NCBI GenBank assembly: GCA_963770895.1
Contig: CAVYRF010000002.1
Coordinates: 5,216,001-5,280,000, forward strand
Length of the DNA stretch: 64,000 bases
Direction of reading: 5' to 3'
Source of the DNA: an uncultured Acidobacteriota bacterium
Lineage (GTDB): Bacteria; Acidobacteriota; Thermoanaerobaculia; Multivoradales; UBA5704
Under the pieces are notes generated by a model. That model saw only the letters and a program-made list of their open reading frames with translations, was not told where the DNA came from and ran no database searches. Every line of letters begins with the position of its first letter. Position 1 is the stretch's first letter. Shown here piece by piece: positions 32,850-42,710 of this stretch. The position numbers and the translations under genes were made by a program.

Positions 32850-33293
32850 AAATGGGCGTTGCCCGATCCCATGCTCTCCTACGGTGCCGCACCGGGGCAG
32901 CCTGACGGGTGGCAGTCTGCGATTCGGGCCAGCAGATCGAGCTCAGCCGGCATCGGCCGCTGCCGGTTCGGCGGCGGCTGCGGAGCGACCAGGCGGCGGC
33001 GGTAGCGATGGGGCGGTGGCGGAGTACCGCACGGTGCTCGCAGGACGCTATGCCGCCGGGACGTGCGGGTCGATCGCCCGGACGCCCACGGGTGCGCAGG
33101 TACCACTCGCGCCGGTGGCGCTGGTCCAGGCCACGACCGGGCCGCCAATGATCCGCAGCGAGGGCGGGCTCCTGGCGGGCTTCGTCTTTCTCGGCGTCGC
33201 CGGCCGGCCGCTCGCCGCTATGTCCGCGCGGCGCGGCGCCAGGTCGAAGCCGAGGTCAAGCTGCCGCTAGGCGTCAGAGTCGAATGGGCCGGC
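32850..33293 (+). pseudogene. Degraded CusC/CusA-like heavy-metal efflux fragments
   Basis: ALPDPMLSYG, then TPTGAQVPL..TTGPPMIRSEGG and, after a frameshift, YVRAARRQVEAEVKLPLGVRVEWAG. Confidence 0.55.
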
Positions 33294-33560
33294 CTAGCTT
33301 CGACGGGCGCGCTTCGCAGCTCCCTGAGGGGTAGGCTCCGGTAGACGCACCGAGGACTGCGCCAGTTCCAGCAGGCCCCGCAACGCCGTATTGACCGCGT
33401 CGTCGTTGGGGAACGCCTTAGCCACTTGCGGGTCGAGCACGACGACATTGCTAGCCTCGCCGAGGCGCTGGGCATACTTGCCGCGTTCGACCTTTCCGAG
33501 GTCCGAGCGCTGGTATTCCGGGCGCAGCTCGTCGCTATCTTCGGTCTTAGCCTTCTTCAT
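33294..33560 (-). CDS. BrnA-like antitoxin
   Basis: DELRPEY..RGKY..VVLDPQVAKAFPNDDAVNTALR; overlaps the brnT stop. Confidence 0.8.
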   Translation of the reverse strand: MKKAKTEDSDELRPEYQRSDLGKVERGKYAQRLGEASNVVVLDPQVAKAFPNDDAVNTALRGLLELAQSSVRLPEPTPQGAAKRARRS

Positions 33561-33819
33561 AGATCTTTCGCTCCAATCTGGTGGCCAAGCGCGCGCTGAT
33601 GATGCGAAGGACGTCCTCTTGTTCCGTGTGGGCCACGATCAGGAGGCGCCCCTCAGCCGAGACGCCGAAGGTGAGGAAGCGGTGTTCCGCTGCCGAGTGG
33701 TCCGGGTCGCTCGCGGTGGCGGCGAAGGGGTCGCGCAGAGCCGTCGCGGCTTCAACGAAGGAAACCCCATGCTTGCGCAAATTCGCTTGCTGCTTTCGCG
33801 GGTCCCACTCAAACCTCAT
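33547..33819 (-). CDS. brnT: BrnT family toxin
   Basis: MRFEWDPRK...NLRKHGVSF..DPDHS..E.R..IISARLAT. Confidence 0.9.
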   Translation of the reverse strand: MRFEWDPRKQQANLRKHGVSFVEAATALRDPFAATASDPDHSAAEHRFLTFGVSAEGRLLIVAHTEQEDVLRIISARLATRLERKIYEEG

Positions 33820-33992
33820 CATCGAAAGTATAACCCTCTGCCCTGCCGCATCCGAGGCGCCTTGAGCCGAAACCGGCGGCGCCAGCACCCTCCCAATGCC
33901 GGGCAGGTGCATCGATCCTTTCCCGTCGCCTCCCCCTAAGGGGGGCGTAGGAAGCCGGCTCTAGCCTCTCTACGGATGGTTCGGCGTCATCA

Positions 33993-34349
33993 TCAATCCG
34001 GGCCTGCCCTGTCTGACCTCGCCCGGTTTTTCTGGGCGAGGAGGCGCTCTCGCAGTTCTTGGTGTTCCGAACGTCCCTCGATCTGGCGTCGCAGCTCCGC
34101 ACGATCCCGCGCGCGCTGTACCAGGTACTCCTCGACTTCGGAGTGGTGCCGAAGGTAGTAGGCGATGACGGCATACACGTCCGGCAGCGAAATAGGTGGG
34201 TAGTTCTGCACGATCTCCTCTGCGGTCGCACCGCACTGGAACGCTCTCACGACGGCGTCGAGCGTGAGACGGGTTCCTGCGATGCGGATGGCCGAGCCGT
34301 CATCGGCAAAGACCAGCGGCACTGGATCGAGCAGGGGCGGGCGGTTCAT
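33993..34349 (-). CDS. DUF433 domain protein
   Basis: RIAGTRLTLDAVV.AF..GATAEEIVQNYP.ISLPDVYAVIAYYL. Confidence 0.85.
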   Translation of the reverse strand: MNRPPLLDPVPLVFADDGSAIRIAGTRLTLDAVVRAFQCGATAEEIVQNYPPISLPDVYAVIAYYLRHHSEVEEYLVQRARDRAELRRQIEGRSEHQELRERLLAQKNRARSDRAGPD

Positions 34350-34536
34350 CGAGGAAGATTCTAGTGAAACGCCACGCCGTCAGGCTGCTCGCCGAGTATG
34401 AGGTATCTGGCGCTCATGCGCCGCTGTGCCTTGTCGTCAGAGCATGAAATTCGGCCGGTCCGGGGGCGCCGTTTTGCACACACCGGACCGGCAGAGAAAA
34501 GGCGCGATCGTTACTGAGCCCTTTGGCGCTGGAACG

Positions 34537-34995
34537 TCATGTTGCGCGGTCCCAGCCGCCGGCCTGCAACTCAATAAAGGCGAGGCAGCAGTGGGCAACA
34601 GCCTTGCCGCACTCCTGGGCCAGCCGGAGGGCGGCTTTGTGGGTAGGAGGGGGAGCCTCGGCCGGCGGTGTTCGGGTGTCCGGCGGCAGGGTGCCGTCTT
34701 GTCCCTGCTCCTCAGCTTGGCGCTGGGCGCGATAGAAGTCCGCCATGGTCAGGCCCAGGGCTTCGACGATGCGGCGAAGGTTGCGGGCTCTCGGCTGCAA
34801 TTCGCCGTGTTCGTAGCGGCAGATCGAGGTTAGCGTGACACCGGACTCTGCGGCGAGCTGCCGAAGGGTCATTCCCGATGCTCGACGGGCAGCCAGGAGC
34901 GCGCGGCCAACGATCTCGGCTTCGTCGCTGTTTCGCTTCGTGGGCCGCGCCCGGTGCAGTCGAATCTTTGCTGGGTTCTCCGTGTTGGTCGGCAT
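34537..34995 (-). CDS. XRE-family HTH regulator
   Basis: LAARRASGMTLRQLAAESGVTLTSICRYEHGELQP. Confidence 0.85.
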   Translation of the reverse strand: MPTNTENPAKIRLHRARPTKRNSDEAEIVGRALLAARRASGMTLRQLAAESGVTLTSICRYEHGELQPRARNLRRIVEALGLTMADFYRAQRQAEEQGQDGTLPPDTRTPPAEAPPPTHKAALRLAQECGKAVAHCCLAFIELQAGGWDRAT

Positions 34996-34997
34996 GG

Positions 34998-35720
34998 TCA
35001 CCAGGCTCCCCGGCGTGAAAGCGACGCCCAGCGGCCAGTTGCGCCGAGGACGATATGGTCCAGGAATTCGATGCCTAGGAGGTCGGCGGCTTCCTTCAAC
35101 CGCTTGGTGAAGTGCCAGTCGTTGGCGCTGGGCGTCGGATCGCCGCTCGGATGGGTGTGGAAGAGCGCCAAGCCGGCGGCGCCGCGCAGGAAGCATTCCT
35201 TCAGGATTTCGCGGGGCTCGGCTGGGATGCGGTCGAGGGTGCCGCGGTAGATGTCCATTTCGCCTATCAGGGCGTGGCGCTGGTCGAAGAACAGGGCGCC
35301 GAGGACTTCCTGGTCGCGGCGCTGGTAGTGCAGAGTCAGGTAGCGGGCCAGCTCGGCCGGCCGGGTCAGCACGTGATGCTCGGGGATGTGCTGGCGAGCC
35401 AGGCGGGCGGCCAGCTCGGCGGCAGCAAGGACAACCGCTGCCTGGGTATCCCGCAGGCCAGCGTGCCGAAGAAGAGCCAGAGACGCGGCAGGAAGGGCGG
35501 CCAGGCCGCCCCGATGGGTCAGGAGATGGTGCGCCAGGGCCAGCGGCTTCTCGCTGTTGCGCCCGCCGCCGATCAGGACGGCCAGGACTTCGGTATCTGA
35601 GAGGGCGGCGCTTCCCGTTCTCAGAAGACGGGTCGCTGCTGGCTCCGGGGCAGGCATGGGCAGAGGGTCGGTGGGGAGCGTGGCCGGTGCCAGCGCCGCC
35701 ACGAGCTGGAGGGCGGTCAT
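34998..35720 (-). CDS. radC: RadC family JAB-domain protein
   Basis: GSAALSDTEVLAVLI, QE, HTHPSGDPTPSAND, LDHIV. Confidence 0.9.
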   Translation of the reverse strand: MTALQLVAALAPATLPTDPLPMPAPEPAATRLLRTGSAALSDTEVLAVLIGGGRNSEKPLALAHHLLTHRGGLAALPAASLALLRHAGLRDTQAAVVLAAAELAARLARQHIPEHHVLTRPAELARYLTLHYQRRDQEVLGALFFDQRHALIGEMDIYRGTLDRIPAEPREILKECFLRGAAGLALFHTHPSGDPTPSANDWHFTKRLKEAADLLGIEFLDHIVLGATGRWASLSRRGAW

Positions 35721-36055
35721 GGGCGCCTCCGCTGCGTCTGCAACTGTTCGTGGAAGTCGCGCGCCAGCTCGCCGTTGGTGATCTCGGCCGACCGCAGCAG
35801 CGAATGAATGGCGGGCCAGAGGTCATCGCCCACGACGCACTCGATCGTACCCAGGATGTCTGTTGCCACGTCGAACGGTTTCCGGCCTTCGTGGCGATCG
35901 TCGATGTCCTGCGGTGCCGGCAGTCCGTCGTGGACCTCTTCAAGGAGATCCGTTACGGCCAGGAGTTGGTTGGCGGCGTCGCTGAGGGCGGCCTGTGCCC
36001 TGGCGACCGTCCACGGGATAGGGGAAGAAGAGGTATCTTCGCTACAGCTCGGCAT
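35717..36055 (-). CDS. Hypothetical protein
   Basis: GGAGG RBS; ATGA coupling to radC. Confidence 0.65.
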   Translation of the reverse strand: MPSCSEDTSSSPIPWTVARAQAALSDAANQLLAVTDLLEEVHDGLPAPQDIDDRHEGRKPFDVATDILGTIECVVGDDLWPAIHSLLRSAEITNGELARDFHEQLQTQRRRP

Positions 36056-36217
36056 CGGGTGTCCTCCGGTGTCGGGTCAGGTCTCGGCGGGAGCGTCCAA
36101 CTCTCGCCGGGGCCGTCTGGTTAGGAAATTGGGGCGGCACAATGCCGCCCCGCCGTGTATTCAGGGCTTCTTGTTGCCGGCTGAGCAGACCCGCTGCTAT
36201 TCGGTGAAGAACGCGTG

Positions 36218-36634
36218 TCACCGCCGCTGCTTAAATACCGCTGCTGGAGGGCGCCCTCGGCGTCGGCTGGTATTGAACCAGCGGTGGAGGGGTCGAAAGC
36301 GTAGGAACTCTGTCCGAACTGTTCCGCAGACTGGGCAGACTGGCGGCCGCGGTTCGGTATCGGGCGAGAGGAGGCCGGCAGGCTGGGGCGTATTGCGACA
36401 CTGCTCCGTCACGACCGGTCGGCGCTCCGATTGGCGGTACCGGGCTTGGCGCTCTGCATGAAGCAGCCGTCCGCGTGGCGTAGCCTGGTGGCGCCTGTTG
36501 GATGCTCGCTGCTTCTCCCTGCGTGCGGCTCGCGCACACACCTTGCCGCAGTAGATGTTGCCTCGGTCGCACCCCGAGCAGATCGCGACCAATGCGCGAC
36601 ACCTGAGACAGCAGTACAAACGCTGAGCCTTCAT
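36218..36634 (-). CDS. Cys-rich basic hypothetical protein (CxxC-CxxCDRGxxYC family)
   Basis: CLRC..AICSGCDRGNIYCGKVC..RREKQRASNRRHQATPRGRLLHAERQARYR..VTEQC..CPVCG. Confidence 0.7.
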   Translation of the reverse strand: MKAQRLYCCLRCRALVAICSGCDRGNIYCGKVCARAARREKQRASNRRHQATPRGRLLHAERQARYRQSERRPVVTEQCRNTPQPAGLLSPDTEPRPPVCPVCGTVRTEFLRFRPLHRWFNTSRRRGRPPAAVFKQRR

Positions 36635-36747
36635 GGTAGAGCCAGTCTACCGCCAGCCGCCGGCCCGCCGGTCCACCTTGTCCACCCCCCCGGCGGGGAT
36701 GATGCTGAGGGAACTTCACCACCTCCGATGGCTGAGAACTGCGTTCT

Positions 36748-37977
36748 TCACCGGATAGCAGCGGGTCTGCGCAACCGCCAACACTTCTTGAAGGGGATGA
36801 CCTCCGCGGCCGTGTGGCCGTTGAGAGCGGCGGCGATCTCCGAGGAGATCCGGGCAGCGGCGGCGCGCCGCGGGTCGTCGTCGAGGTGCGCGTAGCGGGC
36901 CGTTGTCGCCGGATGCCGGTGCCCCAGGATCGAGCCGAGCACGGGCAGGCCCAGATTGGCCGCTACGCCCACACTGGCGAAGCTGTGGCGCAGATCGTGG
37001 AGCCGGACATCCTCCAGGCCGGCCCGTTCGCGGATGCGCGCCCAGGGGCGCTGGAGGCCCTGGAAACGGCCTCCAGCGCGGTGACCAGGGATGACATAGG
37101 GGCTGCCCTCGATGCGCAGCGCTGCGGCCAGCACCTCGGCCGCCGCCGGCCCCAGAGGGATCGACTTCTTGCCGGTCTTGCTGTCGGGCAGGTTGAGGGT
37201 GCCCGTCTCCAGGTCAACTTCCTCCCAGCGCAGGTCCAAGATCTCGTCCCGGCGGGCGCCGGTCAGGAGCAACAGCCGGACGGCCAGCACCACCGCGGGG
37301 TCCTCGGAACCCTCGCGCTCCACCGCCGCCAGGGCATCGCCCAGCCGCCGTAGCTCGGCTCCGGTCAGAAACCGCTCGCGTTTGCGTTCGCTGTACCGGC
37401 CGATCCTGGGGCAAGGGTTAGAGTGGAGCGGGCGCAGGCCCCAGGTTTCGGCAAGGTTGAGCATCTTGCTCAGCAGGGCCAGCACCCGGTTGCCCTGGAT
37501 CGGTTTGTCCCGCAGCGAATGGTGCAGGTCGGCGGCTTCCTTCAAGCCGACCGTCGCGACCTTGCGCCGGCCGAGGGCGGGCAGGATGTAGAGCCGCAGC
37601 AGGCGGTCGTCGCCCTCGGTGCTGGAGTGCTTCTTCTTGGGGCCGGCGTGTTGCTCCAGGTACCGGCGGGCGAGGTCGGCTACGGTCGGCGCCGCCACCT
37701 GCGCTGCGTGCTCGGCGGCCGGGTCTTCGCCGCGGGCGACGCGCGCCAAGGTCTGGCGGGCGGCCTCGCGCGCCTGATCGGGAGTGATGGTGCCGTACTC
37801 GCCGAGGGTCAGGCGCCGGGTCTGCCGGTCGCGCATCCATTCGACGATGAACCTCCGGCTGCCGCCGGCCCGGACGCGCAGGACGAAGCCGCGCAGCTCG
37901 GTGTCCCAGACCTTGACCTCACCCTTGGCAGGCATGTCGAGGGAGTCCACAAGGCGCTTGGTGATCTTGGCTCGCAT
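36748..37977 (-). CDS. int: Tyrosine integrase of element A, with arm-DNA-binding N terminus
   Basis: WDTELRGFVLRV arm domain; catalytic TGARRDE, SKTG, HDLRH, LGH, RYAH. Confidence 0.95.
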   Translation of the reverse strand: MRAKITKRLVDSLDMPAKGEVKVWDTELRGFVLRVRAGGSRRFIVEWMRDRQTRRLTLGEYGTITPDQAREAARQTLARVARGEDPAAEHAAQVAAPTVADLARRYLEQHAGPKKKHSSTEGDDRLLRLYILPALGRRKVATVGLKEAADLHHSLRDKPIQGNRVLALLSKMLNLAETWGLRPLHSNPCPRIGRYSERKRERFLTGAELRRLGDALAAVEREGSEDPAVVLAVRLLLLTGARRDEILDLRWEEVDLETGTLNLPDSKTGKKSIPLGPAAAEVLAAALRIEGSPYVIPGHRAGGRFQGLQRPWARIRERAGLEDVRLHDLRHSFASVGVAANLGLPVLGSILGHRHPATTARYAHLDDDPRRAAAARISSEIAAALNGHTAAEVIPFKKCWRLRRPAAIR

Positions 37978-37986
37978 GGTCGTTGG

Positions 37987-38018
37987 CTGGGCTGTCCTGG
38001 GCTGTCGCTGGGCTGTCG
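37987..38018 (+). repeat. Three CTGGGCTGTC direct repeats, putative arm-type sites
   Basis: Lie between the integrase start and att copy 2. Confidence 0.7.
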
Positions 38019-38123
38019 GAGAACAGGATTCAGAGGGTAGCACAGGGAACGCCAGAGTCAAGAAAGCCCGTAGAATAAGGATTTCAGGGATGTGTCGGGA
38101 CTGCCTTGGACCCCGTACATCAA

Positions 38124-38170
38124 GACTGAAAATCACGGTGTCAGCGGTTCAGTTCCGTCCCTGGGCACCA
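38124..38170 (+). repeat. att copy 2: tRNA-Phe 3' fragment at the junction of elements A and B
   Basis: GACTGAAAATCACGGTGTCAGCGGTTCAGTTCCGTCCCTGGGCACCA; two mismatches to copy 1. Confidence 0.9.
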
Positions 38171-38412
38171 AGTAAACCAAACAAAATAAGCGACTTACGG
38201 CTAGGCGGCCTGATTGTCGTCATGGCAGAAATGCGTCCTGGGGAGCGCCTGGGGAGCAGTAGAATTGGGATTGCGCCGGCCAGGCGCCCTGCCTCTCGGG
38301 GATTGCGCGGGTCCGTCTTGACGCTCCGCAGCGGCCTGGAGGTCGCCTCCCGCCATCGTCCCCAGGAGCCGGGGCTGGCGCCTGGGCCGTGCTGCTTTCG
38401 AGAGGTACCGCT

Positions 38413-38844
38413 ATGCCAGACGGGTCCAAGGGTGCCGGCGGCCGGCCCCGGAAGGAGTTGGACGCGGGAGCTGCCTACAAGCTCGGGCAGCTTGGCTGCA
38501 CCGACGCGGAGATCGCCGCCTTCTTCGGCGTCAGCGATGAGCTGGTGCGCCAGCGCAAGCGAACCGACCCGGAGTTTCTTGGAGCGCTCGAAAAAGGGCG
38601 CGCCACCATGAAACTGTGCCTCCGGCGCAAGCAGCTCAGGATCGCCCTCCGCGGCAACGTGCCGATGCTGATCTGGCTCGGCAAGCAGCTGCTCGGCCAG
38701 TCGGAGCAGGTACAGGACGTGACGCCGCCGCAGCCAAGGGAGGAAGTTGTGCTGCCTGCGCCGCTGTCCCCCGACGAGTACGCCGAAGTCGTCGAACGGC
38801 TGCGCAAGCGCGGTGCACTACCTGGCAGCTCAGAGATCAGCTGA
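38413..38844 (+). CDS. Phage terminase small subunit-like HTH protein
   Basis: GRPRK..KLGQLGCTDAEIAAFFGVS..F...EKGR..LRRKQ..A..GN..MLIWLGKQLLGQ. Confidence 0.7.
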   Translation: MPDGSKGAGGRPRKELDAGAAYKLGQLGCTDAEIAAFFGVSDELVRQRKRTDPEFLGALEKGRATMKLCLRRKQLRIALRGNVPMLIWLGKQLLGQSEQVQDVTPPQPREEVVLPAPLSPDEYAEVVERLRKRGALPGSSEIS

Positions 38845-38921
38845 TCTCTTGCCAGGCGCCCAGGAGAGGCGAATCCTTCGGTTGGGGCCTGCGGCCGCTC
38901 GGGATCGTCCAGCTCTGGCGG

Positions 38922-39419
38922 TTATGTCTCGCCCGCCAGCTTCAGCAGCTGAGCCCTCAGCTCCGGCGACAGCCGATAGCCAACCCCGGCCAGCTCGTCC
39001 AAGGCCGGGGCAATCTGGCTGAGCAGCCCATTCCGCCGGGCGGCCAGCAGGACGGCGCCTGTCCCTGCCACCGGCACGCCGCGCGCCTTCGCCAGGGCTC
39101 TGCCGCGCCGGTCATCCATCAAGAGGAAGCGGCAGGCGCGCTGCTCGAACAGCACAATCGCCTCGGCCTCGCCTGGGTCCACTACTCGCTGTAGAACTTC
39201 GATATCGGCGGAAGGCGCCGGCACTTCCTGCACTAACCACCCCGCGGCGAGCGCCGAGCGCGCAGCCTTGGAGCCGGGGCGGTCTGCGTCGACCTGCAGC
39301 TCCTCAAGCACCTTCGGAGGGATCACCACCGTGCCGTAGAGGCTGCGCAGCAGATCGAGCCGACCAGTCCGCGCCAACGCGATGAGCGGCCCTGTATCGG
39401 CAATGATTGCGGTGTTCAA
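38922..39419 (-). CDS. DUF3368 PIN-domain toxin
   Basis: [37 protein letters not shown]. Confidence 0.9.
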   Translation of the reverse strand: MNTAIIADTGPLIALARTGRLDLLRSLYGTVVIPPKVLEELQVDADRPGSKAARSALAAGWLVQEVPAPSADIEVLQRVVDPGEAEAIVLFEQRACRFLLMDDRRGRALAKARGVPVAGTGAVLLAARRNGLLSQIAPALDELAGVGYRLSPELRAQLLKLAGET

Positions 39420-39751
39420 CGTGCGACTTCGACCTCGCCCGCCAGCTCCTCGGGGTCATACCCGACCACTGGCACGCCCGCCTGGCTGAGAGTTTCCACG
39501 AAGAGCTCTACGGGAAGCTCTGCCATCTTCGCGGCTTGAGCCAAGGTCAACTGGCCGGCTGCGTAGAGCCGGATCGCAAGGGCGCGATGAACCCCGAACG
39601 ACAGCAGGCGGTCGTCGAACGGTACGGCCAGGATCGCCGGCCGGCCATGCTTCGTGATGATCGAGAGCTTGCCTTCCTCAGCGTCGCGCATCAGGTCGCC
39701 ACTCCGGTTGCGCAGGTCGCGGACGGTGAAGACGTCGAAGGGTTCTGCCAT
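39416..39751 (-). CDS. Phd-UPF0175 fusion antitoxin
   Basis: Paralog of 4273-4608; overlaps the DUF3368 start. Confidence 0.85.
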   Translation of the reverse strand: MAEPFDVFTVRDLRNRSGDLMRDAEEGKLSIITKHGRPAILAVPFDDRLLSFGVHRALAIRLYAAGQLTLAQAAKMAELPVELFVETLSQAGVPVVGYDPEELAGEVEVAR

Positions 39752-40255
39752 GAGTTGGATGCTCCTCCAGGCCCTTGTGCCCACAAACTGTAGCACAAGT
39801 ACTGTCCTGCGTAGGCTCGGGGCGCTTGGCTTGGATTCCAGGCGGCCAATGGCCCGCGTGGCAATTAGGGGGGCTGCGCCTCCAACGCTCAGCGCCGCCT
39901 GAACGGCCTCGTGCCGCGATCCTCTCCTTCCGAGGGTGTTGACCTGGCTCAGATGTTTTTTTAACGGGTACCGCTTTGGGAGGCGGATCTAAAGGTCAAT
40001 TCTTCCCCCAACAGTCGAGCTTTCATGAGCGGGATGTGCTGGCAGACAGCTCGCCGGTAGTCTGATCGATTGTGCAGCCATGCTTCCCTCTGGGTGACTT
40101 TGAGTGTTTTTAGATTAGGGGCTTGCCTTAAGCCTCCCGTTGTGTGTCAAATGGTTTGCATTGCAGCAAGGTGAGGCAACCATGCCGGTGTCTCTCCAGG
40201 GAAGCGCAGCGCCAGAGCTGGATAGCCCAGCCTGGCCCGTTATCGGAGCAAAAAG

Positions 40256-40501
40256 ATGCGAGACGACGCCCGGCCGCTTACCGAAGTTCCTTCGAATAGT
40301 TCTCGGTTTCTTCGCCCTCACCAAGTCGAAGCCATTTACGGACTTTCCAAAAAGTTCCTTGCGCACGCGCGGATGCGGGGCGACGGTCCGCAATTCTGCA
40401 AGGCGTCTGGCAAGTTGGTTCTCTATGCCGTCGACGACATCGAGCGGTGGCTGGCCGCCAAGCGTCGCAAGTCCACTTCCGATCCGGGCGTCGTGGAGTG
40501 A
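40256..40501 (+). CDS. Excisionase/AlpA-like HTH protein
   Basis: FLRPHQVEAIYGLSKKFLAHARMRGDGPQF.K..GKLVLY; paralog of 6133-6393. Confidence 0.8.
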   Translation: MRDDARPLTEVPSNSSRFLRPHQVEAIYGLSKKFLAHARMRGDGPQFCKASGKLVLYAVDDIERWLAAKRRKSTSDPGVVE

Positions 40502-40596
40502 GCTGCGGTGTCCAGGCAGACGAATATGCGCCAGGAGCTGCTTGCCAACCTGGCGGCGGCGGTGCGTGCGCGTGGCGGTCGGCGCGAAGGGCAGGA

Positions 40597-42001
40597 GAGG
40601 TATAACCAGATCTTGTGTTTGAGGTAGGCGAGAAGGCGGCGTACCCTGGGTGTGTTCGAGGCACCCATTCCGCCCCGAGGGGCAGGAGGTACGCCACCAT
40701 GGACGATGGTAACGGAAAGTTGGTCCAGTTCCCAGGCGAGCCGCGCGAATCGGTCTCCGATGTATTGGGGGAGGTTCTGCGGCAGGGCGCGCGGAAGATG
40801 CTCGCCGAGGCGATCGAGGCAGAGGTCGCCGAGTACCTGAAGAGCCATGAGGGGCTGCGCGACGACGCCGGTCACCGAGTGGTGGTGCGCAACGGCCACT
40901 TGCCGGAACGGAAGCTCCAGACGCCGGTGGGCGACATCGCGGTGCAGCAGCCTCGCGTGCGAGACCGCCGCCTGCCTGCCGATCGCGAAGCATTCCAGTC
41001 GTCGATCCTGCCGAAATACCTGCGTCGCACCCGGTCGCTTGAAGAGTTGTTGCCGTGGTTGTACCTCAAAGGCGTGAGCAGCGGCGACTTCAGCGAAGCC
41101 CTGGCGGCGCTGCTTGGCCCGCAGGCGCCGGGGCTCTCGGCCACGACGATTGGCCGCCTGAAAAGCGGCTGGGAGGACGAGTTCAAGGCCTGGGAGGCTC
41201 GCTCGCTGGCAGCCCAGCGCTACGTTTACCTTTGGGCCGACGGCGTGTACTTCAACGTGCGACTGGAAAGCCCTGGAAACAGTCGGCAATGCATCCTGGT
41301 GATCATGGGCGCCACGGCCGAGGGCAAGAAGGAGTTGCTAGGCGTGGCCGATGGGTACCGGGAGAGCGAGCAGTCCTGGCAAGAGCTGCTGCTGGCTTTG
41401 CGATCACGCGGCCTGGTGGTGGATCCGGAGCTGGCCGTAGGCGATGGTGCACTCGGCTTCTGGAAGGCGCTGCCGAAGGTCTACCCGAACACCCGGCCTC
41501 AGCGCTGTTGGGTGCACAAAACGGTCAATGTTCTCAACAAGATGCCCACGAGCAGTCAGGCCAAGGCCAAGTCGATGCTCCACGACATTTGGATGGCGGC
41601 CACTCGCGCCGAGGCCGACCAGGCTTTCGACCTCTTCATCGACATGTTCGGCGCCAAGTACAGCGCGGCGGTGACCTGCCTGCGCAACGACCGGACCGAG
41701 CTGCTGGCGTTCTACAACTTCCCAGCCGAGCATTGGATCCACCTGCGCACGACCAACCCCATCGAATCGACGTTTGCCACGGTCCGCCTGCGCACCGACA
41801 AGACGAAAGGCTGCGGCAGCCGCCTTGCCTGCTTGACGATGGTGTTCAAGCTCGCGATGTCGGCGCAGAAGCGCTGGCGAGCGCTCAACGGCGCTTCATC
41901 GCTACTTGCCGACGTGATCGCGGGGGTGAAATTTGAAAATGGGGTCAAGAAAATTGCCGCCTGATCGCCGGCCCCCCACACACAAGTCTTGACCATACCT
42001 C
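40597..42001 (+). mobile_element. IS256-family element
   Basis: TIRs GAGGTATAACCAGATCTTGTGT and (reverse complement) GAGGTATGGTCAAGACTTGTGT; 9-bp TSD AGGGCAGGA. Confidence 0.95.
40699..41964 (+). CDS. IS256 transposase
   Basis: RNGH, WADGVY, GDGALGFW, QRCWVHK, RTTNPIES. Confidence 0.95.
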   Translation: MDDGNGKLVQFPGEPRESVSDVLGEVLRQGARKMLAEAIEAEVAEYLKSHEGLRDDAGHRVVVRNGHLPERKLQTPVGDIAVQQPRVRDRRLPADREAFQSSILPKYLRRTRSLEELLPWLYLKGVSSGDFSEALAALLGPQAPGLSATTIGRLKSGWEDEFKAWEARSLAAQRYVYLWADGVYFNVRLESPGNSRQCILVIMGATAEGKKELLGVADGYRESEQSWQELLLALRSRGLVVDPELAVGDGALGFWKALPKVYPNTRPQRCWVHKTVNVLNKMPTSSQAKAKSMLHDIWMAATRAEADQAFDLFIDMFGAKYSAAVTCLRNDRTELLAFYNFPAEHWIHLRTTNPIESTFATVRLRTDKTKGCGSRLACLTMVFKLAMSAQKRWRALNGASSLLADVIAGVKFENGVKKIAA

Positions 42002-42710
42002 AGGGCAGGAGGTGCGCTTCCTCTGCCCGGAGCACGAAGACCATCGCCCTTCGGCAATGTGGAACCCCGAAAAAGCTGTCTGGTGCTGCCCTGCATGCGG
42101 CGCGAAGGGCGGCGCTCACGACCTCGCCGCGCGGCTTGGCGTCGAGCTCTCTGCCGCGCAGCGGATGCACGCGCCGAACGCGACCACGGTGTATCCCATC
42201 CGCGACTCAGCCGGGCGCCTGGTCGCGGAGCACATCCGCATCGAACGGCCGGGAGGCGAGAAGACCTTCACCTGGCGGCGCGATGGCCGCTCGGGACTGC
42301 AGGGGCTGCGGGTCGCCGAGCTGCCGCTGTACGGCACTGACCGCGTTGGATCGTTCGCCCGTTCCCGACCGGTATTTCTCTGCGAGGGTGAGAAGGCGAC
42401 GGACTGCCTGGTCCGCATCGGCGCCCAGGCGGTTGGTACGGCGACAGGTGCGGGGGCAGTGCCCGCCCCTTCATCCTTGGGCGTGCTCCAAGGAATTGAC
42501 GTGCGGCGAAGTGACCTCGACCCGAGCCATATGGTTACACCAGGAAGGGGGGCGCCAGCCACACGGGACATGCCTCTCCCTCAGCGGCGGCTTGGAGCGA
42601 TGCCATCGAGGAATTGCCATGCATTAATTTGACGCCGAACGCCTGCGCTCCTATTCTGCTCTAGGTTCATTCTATGAATGCCAGGGGATTTCATCGAAAG
42701 TGAGGTGCGC

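Larger units (their letters stand above)
3984..38170. mobile_element. Integrative element A (about 34 kb) at tRNA-Phe-derived att: integrase, Xis-like HTH, HUH Rep, defence-like cargo
   Basis: Bounded by direct repeats at 3984-4033 and 38124-38170; integrase next to the right repeat; the same CTGGGCTGTC repeats lie inside both ends. Confidence 0.85.
40526..42632 (+). pseudogene. DNA primase (CHC2-like Zn finger plus TOPRIM), interrupted by IS256 and 3'-truncated
   Basis: Removing the IS gives MRQELL..REGQE-VRFLCPEHEDHRPS..WCCPACGAKGG; VFLCEGEKATD present; the expected DxD motif is absent after about 42500. Confidence 0.8.

Noticed and set aside
26560-34000. Integron attC cassette array (GCCTAAC at 28141; CCGAAC after the DUF433 genes)
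   Set aside because: I could not pair complete R/L boxes, and neither integrase looks like IntI. IntegronFinder would settle it.
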